A stretch of DNA of 64,000 nucleotides, from NCBI GenBank assembly GCA_965113315.1, contig OZ220367.1, one strand, 5' to 3'. Origin of the DNA: Podarcis vaucheri. Taxonomy: Eukaryota. Of this stretch, positions 59,401 to 64,000 are shown piece by piece (the stretch's first letter is position 1; each line of letters starts with the position of its first letter). Both the position numbers and the translations under genes were made by a program. The notes below the pieces were generated by a model. It searched no databases, was not told the origin of the DNA, and worked only from the letters and a program-made list of their open reading frames with translations.

Positions 59401-62400
59401 GAAAGGAAACAATATTGGCCAAAAGATCAGATTAGAAAGCAGAGAGACTTTGAGTGAGAAACATCAAAAAGGTACCCCCAAATAGAAATGTATTAAAGTA
59501 GTAAGATATTCCATTCCCAATTAGGTAAAAAGTCTGTGTTGTTCCAGCACAGGCTTGAATGGGTCACAGAGGTAATTATCTAGAATTTTTTATCTTGTTT
59601 TTAATTGGATTATAGTGTAACCTGAATTTACTCATTCAGGTGATGCTATCAGAGAACTGGCAGCTGAGTCACCTATCTCCAAAGCAAGATATAGGGCTCG
59701 TTGCTGTGTTTAATCTCATTTGTATGGTAGGAAGAATGATCCATGTAATCAAGGATCCTTAGCCAGCATCTTTTGTGCTCTTCCAGACTCTGGCCTAGGC
59801 ACAAGATAATCATAGCTTCCTGAAACCAAACTTCAGCTCATTCAATATGTGGATCTGCTCCTTTTGTACCAGAATCCGGAAAGAAATTCCAAAAAAGAAC
59901 CTAATTAACACATTTCAATCCCCTTTTCTTTCTCTGCGATAAACTGTTACGTCACCCTCATTGTAAAACAGTGATATATCTCTCTCTCTCTGTCTGCCTA
60001 CCTGTCTGTCTGTCTTTGTGTCTCTGTCTCTCTGTATTCAGCATTTAATTCGGATGGGCTCAGCCTATAGCGCCAGCACCATTCCACTCGCTTCATTTTG
60101 AGTCGCATTTGTTCTCTAAATTAATATCACTCATTTCATCCCTGGCTTCTGTGTTGCTTATTACCAAGCAAGAATATTCGTCTGCTTATGTCCTGCCCTG
60201 AAGCCCACTGAAGTTGAAGTGCATGGAAATGACAAAAGCATTTTGGAATAAGACTTCTGCTTCCACAGTTAAGATTGGCTAGCAACATCTACAGTTCTGT
60301 AGCTGCCTGCTAAGAGATCATGCCTGGCTAAGAGATCGCAAAAAAATAGACAGCAACTTTCCAATCCTTTATCACCCCTCGCCACACATATGCATTCAGG
60401 ATGAGAATGTGATCATGCGGTGATCCTTTAACCATGTATCAATGGTGAAAGACAATCTTTGTTCATATGACAAGGAAGTCAATGCATGAGTGTTAAGTTT
60501 TGGAAACATGCCATACCCATAGTTATTGTGGCATATATTACTCCCTCGGTAACCTGCAACCCTGGTCTGGATCCAGTAGCTGCAAGCCTACCGTAAAGAC
60601 CTGCACAAGCACAAATGGAAAAGAGAGGGAGAGAGAGGAAGAAAGAAAAAGACCTGCAAATGAACCTCAATGATCATTAAATTCTTTTAGAAGGAGAAAG
60701 CATAATTTATATGATGAACTATGGAATAATTAGAAACAGTCTGCTTAGAACAGTCTCTTTTGCCAAAAATATGGTGATAAGCACCATAAATAAAAACACT
60801 TGCAAATTCAGTTTGAATAATTACAATTCAGTGTTCAGCCTTTGTGNNNNNNNNNNNNNNNNNNNNNNNNNNNNNNNNNNNNNNNNNNNNNNNNNNNNNN
60901 NNNNNNNNNNNNNNNNNNNNNNNNNNNNNNNNNNNNNNNNNNNNNNNNNNNNNNNNNNNNNNNNNNNNNNNNNNNNNNNNNNNNNAGCTCATGACAATGC
61001 CAAAGGTAGTAAATACCAGTTCTTGGAAACCACAGGAGGGGAGAGTGCACTACAATATGCAGTCAACAAGGAAACGAAGGACCCATACTGAGGAAGACGG
61101 AAGTCTTAACGTATGAGAGAACTTTCTTTTATAGTGGTACCTCTGGTTACAAACCCTTTGGGTTACAAACCCTTTGGGTTACAGACTCTGCTAACCAAGA
61201 AATAGTACCTTAGGTTATGAACTTTACCTCAGGATGAGAACACAAATTGTGCACCAGCAGCATGGCGGCAGTGGAAGGCCCCTTTAGCTAAAGTGGTACC
61301 TCAGGTTAAGAACGGTTTCAGGTTAAGAACTAACCTCCGGAACTAATTAAGTATGTAACCAGAGGTACCACTGTATATGTAACAGTTTATTTGTATTTGA
61401 TGTGATTTGTTTTTTCTTTTGTTCTTTTTGTGGTGAATGGATTCAATAGTTAAAATCAATAAAAATTAAATTGAAAAAGAAAAGAAAAGGAGGGGAGAAT
61501 GCTCTTGCGGAGGGTTTCCCAGAGGCATTGGGGGTGGCCACTGTGAGAGCAGACTAGATGGGCCATTGGCCTGATCCAGCAAACTCTTCTTATATATGGG
61601 TCACCACTGCATTGTTGCACTGATGTAGAAATGTTCTCCATTTACTCCAGTCATAAATCGTTCCTTAATACATCACATACCACAGTTGGGATTCACTATT
61701 ATTCCACACATATTATAAGAGTGCTGCGTGCATGAGGAGATTCTGTGTCTGAAATGAATAAGCACAGAAACTGGTAATGGTCACAGCCTAAGCATATCTG
61801 GGTTTACTCCAAAATAAAACCTACTAATCTCAAGAGATATGCCTAGGATTGCAGTGTGAGAACTTCAACGATCCTCTTACGTTCTCTTTGGTCTGGTAAC
61901 TTATGATTAATCATGATGTCCATCCTAGGTGCTACAGAGTAATGTACGTGCAAAAGGGGGGGGGGGAGGAAAAGGAAAGCTGGCCAAATAAATTCAGTCT
62001 GCTCTTCCAGAGACTGGAGCCTAGAACTTCTCTAGAACATGCTTGTTCATTATCAGCAACAGAAAGCAAGACGGTTGCTATTCACTTTTACAAAGACACT
62101 ACAATCCTTACCTTTCTCACTGAGCCCTTATTCAGTCAGTAAACCTTATTCAGCCAAGGGCAGTTTTGGTGTGGAGATCAGGCTGAAAATGTAGCATCAG
62201 TGACCATGTTCAGCTCTGAATGAACTCAACATCTTCACTTGTCAGCAATCTCTTAAAAATCTTTGGATGCAAGAATATACCTTTAAATTCTCTGGTACTA
62301 AACTGACAACGTGACAAACACTAAACATATAGATTATAGATCACATTTCCAATATTTGTATCTGAGTGTTTTATTTATTTATTTTCCAACGCAGTTGCAT

Positions 62401-62538
62401 TGCCTATTTCTAGAAGTAATGAAATACTTGGGAGCACACCTACGTACCGATCAGTGAGACACCAAAGGGCTCAGCTTCTTCATAGTAGCCTTCTGGAGAC
62501 TCAGTTTTGGATCCTGAATGTTGCTTTGCTTCTGAAAT
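46009..62538 (-). CDS. AFAP1L2: Actin filament-associated protein 1-like 2 (XB130), 3' part: two PH domains and coiled coil; 5' exons lie beyond the window
   Basis: 15 GT-AG exons (62538-62448, 57681-57476, 55568-55389, 54032-53943, 52537-52453, 51898-51794, 51669-51458, 49947-49802, 49079-48965, 48717-48478, 48244-48076, 47872-47708, 47455-47262, 46319-46197, 46035-46009) total 2148 nt in frame, ending EWEKKGAS*; close match to remembered mammalian XB130. Confidence 0.97.
46197..46319 (-). CDS. AFAP1L2: AFAP1L2 exon (MKVANP...[20 protein letters not shown])
   Basis: acacag| and AAG|gtaaga. Confidence 0.93.
47262..47455 (-). CDS. AFAP1L2: AFAP1L2 exon ([17 protein letters not shown]...HLENASPK)
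   Basis: tggcag| and AAA|gtacgt. Confidence 0.94.
47708..47872 (-). CDS. AFAP1L2: AFAP1L2 exon, coiled coil ([14 protein letters not shown]...)
   Basis: Tandem acceptor tag|cag|, donor G|gtaaac. Confidence 0.93.
48076..48244 (-). CDS. AFAP1L2: AFAP1L2 exon ([28 protein letters not shown]...)
   Basis: taacag| and G|gtgtgt; phase 0-1. Confidence 0.85.
48478..48717 (-). CDS. AFAP1L2: AFAP1L2 exon (EEVPQ...[15 protein letters not shown]...)
   Basis: tgacag| and CCG|gtaatg. Confidence 0.9.
48965..49079 (-). CDS. AFAP1L2: AFAP1L2 exon ([14 protein letters not shown]...ELYDDVD)
   Basis: ttccag| and ATG|gtgagg. Confidence 0.93.
49802..49947 (-). CDS. AFAP1L2: AFAP1L2 exon ([15 protein letters not shown]...[21 protein letters not shown])
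   Basis: taacag| and CT|gtaagt. Confidence 0.95.
50185..50234. repeat. Inverted (TG)n / (CA)n microsatellite pair
   Basis: tgtgtgtgtgtgtatg-caaata-catacacacacacaca. Confidence 0.85.
51458..51669 (-). CDS. AFAP1L2: AFAP1L2 exon, PH2 ([15 protein letters not shown]...)
   Basis: ttgcag| and GAG|gtacgg. Confidence 0.95.
51794..51898 (-). CDS. AFAP1L2: AFAP1L2 exon ([22 protein letters not shown]...)
   Basis: ctttag| and A|gtaagc. Confidence 0.95.
52453..52537 (-). CDS. AFAP1L2: AFAP1L2 exon ([20 protein letters not shown]...ETKD)
   Basis: ctgcag| and G|gtaata. Confidence 0.92.
53687..53933 (+). mobile_element. BovB (RTE) 3' fragment, antisense to AFAP1L2
   Basis: [23 protein letters not shown]...SRTRLND*, short (CAA) tail; 11-bp TSD aaaacatacct at 53676-53686 and 53934-53944. 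Confidence 0.93.
53943..54032 (-). CDS. AFAP1L2: AFAP1L2 exon ([30 protein letters not shown])
   Basis: ccttag| and AAG|gtatgt. Confidence 0.93.
54221..54359. mobile_element. Short hAT MITE
   Basis: TIR cagggatgg.gaacct / aggttccccatccctg; degenerate TSD atataaac/gtataaag. Confidence 0.75.
55389..55568 (-). CDS. AFAP1L2: AFAP1L2 exon, PH1 (CYKSSKD...[11 protein letters not shown])
   Basis: ttccag| and AGG|gtgagt. Confidence 0.96.
55755..56412 (+). mobile_element. L2-clade LINE 3' portion with (TTA)n tail
   Basis: [19 protein letters not shown]...[26 protein letters not shown] and [14 protein letters not shown] are L2 ORF2 C-terminal motifs (frameshifted); tail gggcgggatataaataaaa(tat)n. 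Confidence 0.9.
57476..57681 (-). CDS. AFAP1L2: AFAP1L2 exon ([15 protein letters not shown]...[21 protein letters not shown])
   Basis: atgcag| and TTG|gtaagc. Confidence 0.96.
60517..60600 (-). CDS. AFAP1L2: AFAP1L2 putative alternative cassette exon ([28 protein letters not shown])
   Basis: Long polypyrimidine tract plus tgcag| acceptor, G|gtatgg donor, 84 nt, phase 1-1 matching both flanking exons, no stop. Confidence 0.72.
60847..60985. other. Assembly gap (139 N)
   Basis: Run of N. Confidence 1.
61132..61373. mobile_element. Tc1/mariner (Tigger-like) MITE, apparently inserted in an L1-like 3' end
   Basis: TA TSD; TIR agtggtacctctggttaca / tgtaaccagaggtaccact; repeated ggttacaaaccctttg. 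Confidence 0.85.
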
Positions 62539-63380
62539 CTGTGGAACGCAAACAATAGCTAGAAAATGTGTAGCTAAAGACCCAGACTTCTGAAATAAAT
62601 TTTTACGATGGTATCTGTAATTCAGAATAAGGAAGAATTCTTTTATAGAGGCAAGACTCACGTCACTGGAAAACCTCTGACATAAGAACAGATACTGAAT
62701 TATCAAAAGGACCTGTCAGTTTAAGATGAGGTTTAAAATGAGACCAAGGTTCAAATTCCACAAAGCTGGAAAACCAGAAGCTAATGCTGAGGCCTTAACA
62801 GTTGTGCCCAGTGAACAGTGTCACAAATTGTGCTTGCTTACAACATACTCCCTCCATGCACACACACATTTCCTTGGTCCTTCAGGCTCAAATCCAGATG
62901 GGGAAGACGAAGTGCCTAGGTCTAGCAAAGGCACCCCACATCATTCTAGTCCTCTGCGTGTGACATCCATGGTTCTATAGTGTGCCTAAGGAATATGTGG
63001 TACTGGGTGTGCATGCATGGTTATGGTGTGTGTGGTTGTGGGTTGTGCTAGGCAGTCCCCAAAACAGTCTCAAGGTGCCCACAAGCCCAAAAAACTTTGG
63101 CAATCCAAGTTCTAATCACTGCTCCACACTGTCACGTTCAACAGCTAGTGAAATAGGCACTGCTCATAGCATCCTCTAGATGGCTTCCATTAAAAATATT
63201 ATCATACTGGCAAAATTCCTGCTTCAAAATTTAATCTGTGTGTGTACCATATTTTGCCTATAGTTAAGAAACGCCTTGCTGAATCAGATCAAAAATTATT
63301 AAATTGTTGTGGTCCTTATTCAGTAAGTAAACCTTATTCAGCCAAAGGAAGTTTTTGTGTGGAGATCAGGCAGAAAATGT
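62126..63380. repeat. 67-bp dispersed direct repeat (62126-62192 and 63314-63380)
   Basis: 62 of 67 positions identical by manual alignment. Confidence 0.9.
62448..62538 (-). CDS. AFAP1L2: AFAP1L2 exon ([30 protein letters not shown])
   Basis: ccacag| and G|gtacgt; [14 protein letters not shown] conserved. Confidence 0.93.
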
Positions 63381-64000
63381 TTTGCCACACAATAAGCCAC
63401 ACCTAAGGAAACCAAGCAGAGACCTAACCATGGAACACTAAATGGATAGCATACAGTAACCAGGCAGAATAGAGCTGTCCCTTATTTCTTATTTAAAGCT
63501 GATCTTATAACTGGAGAATTGTATTTTAGTTTTCCCTTTGCAAGAGTAATTTCAATGGTGATGGTGATGGGAGTCAAGCTTAGAAATACACCAGACATTT
63601 TCAAAGCCAGTATAAGTGAAAAAGAAAATAGATAAATAATATTGGAGTAAACCAACACTTTCAAAAGATTCTAAGCACTGGAAAGTCCCTGGATGGCTGC
63701 CAAATCTATCCTAATGTGCAGCCCAAAGCTGAGGGAAGAAATCAAGACACAAAATACTTTGGAAAGCATCCCAAAGGACAAGCTAAAAGTCAATATTTTC
63801 AGGATAAACTGCCTAGAGAGGGAAACTTCCATGAACTTTTTAGGGGACCCAACTCCAGATTCCCGAATGCACCTCATTTTCTGCTCCTCCACAGGCAGAG
63901 TTGTGTATGTGTTCCTACCTAGACAAGTTGTGTAAGAATCTCTGTGCACTAGCATTGCCAATTTAATTTGCATATTCCTTTCGAAACAGGCAGTTGGAGA

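Noticed and set aside
58860-59480. A-rich stretch as an L1 ORF1 remnant (similar texture at 25550-26000)
   Set aside because: Too degenerate to assign by eye; needs RepeatMasker.
59630-60200. Possible internal AFAP1L2 promoter or alternative first exon (CRE-like ttacgtca, short ATG frames)
   Set aside because: The candidate donor gives the wrong phase for exon 57681, and there is no other support.
63671-63973. 100-aa minus-strand ORF as an AFAP1L2 exon
   Set aside because: No similarity to the XB130 N-terminal region that I can recognise; upstream exons are presumably outside the window.

Overview
Vertebrate (squamate) genomic DNA, most likely a lacertid lizard: it carries a Sauria/Squam1 SINE, a Squam3-type SINE, BovB and many squamate-type MITEs. 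The window covers the conserved TDRD1-VWA2-AFAP1L2 block. It holds the last 6 coding exons of TDRD1 (+, stop 6375-6377), a CpG island/promoter at about 8.6-9.7 kb, and the complete 13-coding-exon VWA2/AMACO gene (+, 17401-40291, 792 aa, RGD in the last exon). It also holds the 3' 15 constitutive coding exons of AFAP1L2/XB130 plus an 84-nt cassette exon (-, 62538-46009), convergent with VWA2. Exons were assembled by hand from GT-AG sites, phase continuity and similarity to remembered mammalian proteins; no searches were run. Introns are rich in hAT, Tc1/mariner and Harbinger-like MITEs, L2, CR1, L1-like and BovB fragments, and there is one 139-N gap. Most notable: (1) a young hAT element nested in a SINE that appears to carry a captured GC-rich 5'UTR/first-exon-like fragment (Pack-TIR candidate); (2) a BovB insertion whose target-site duplication copied an AFAP1L2 splice donor; (3) an in-frame AFAP1L2 cassette exon encoding an ITIM-consensus motif (VIYATI); (4) a candidate VWA2 5'UTR exon that would create an overlapping uORF.
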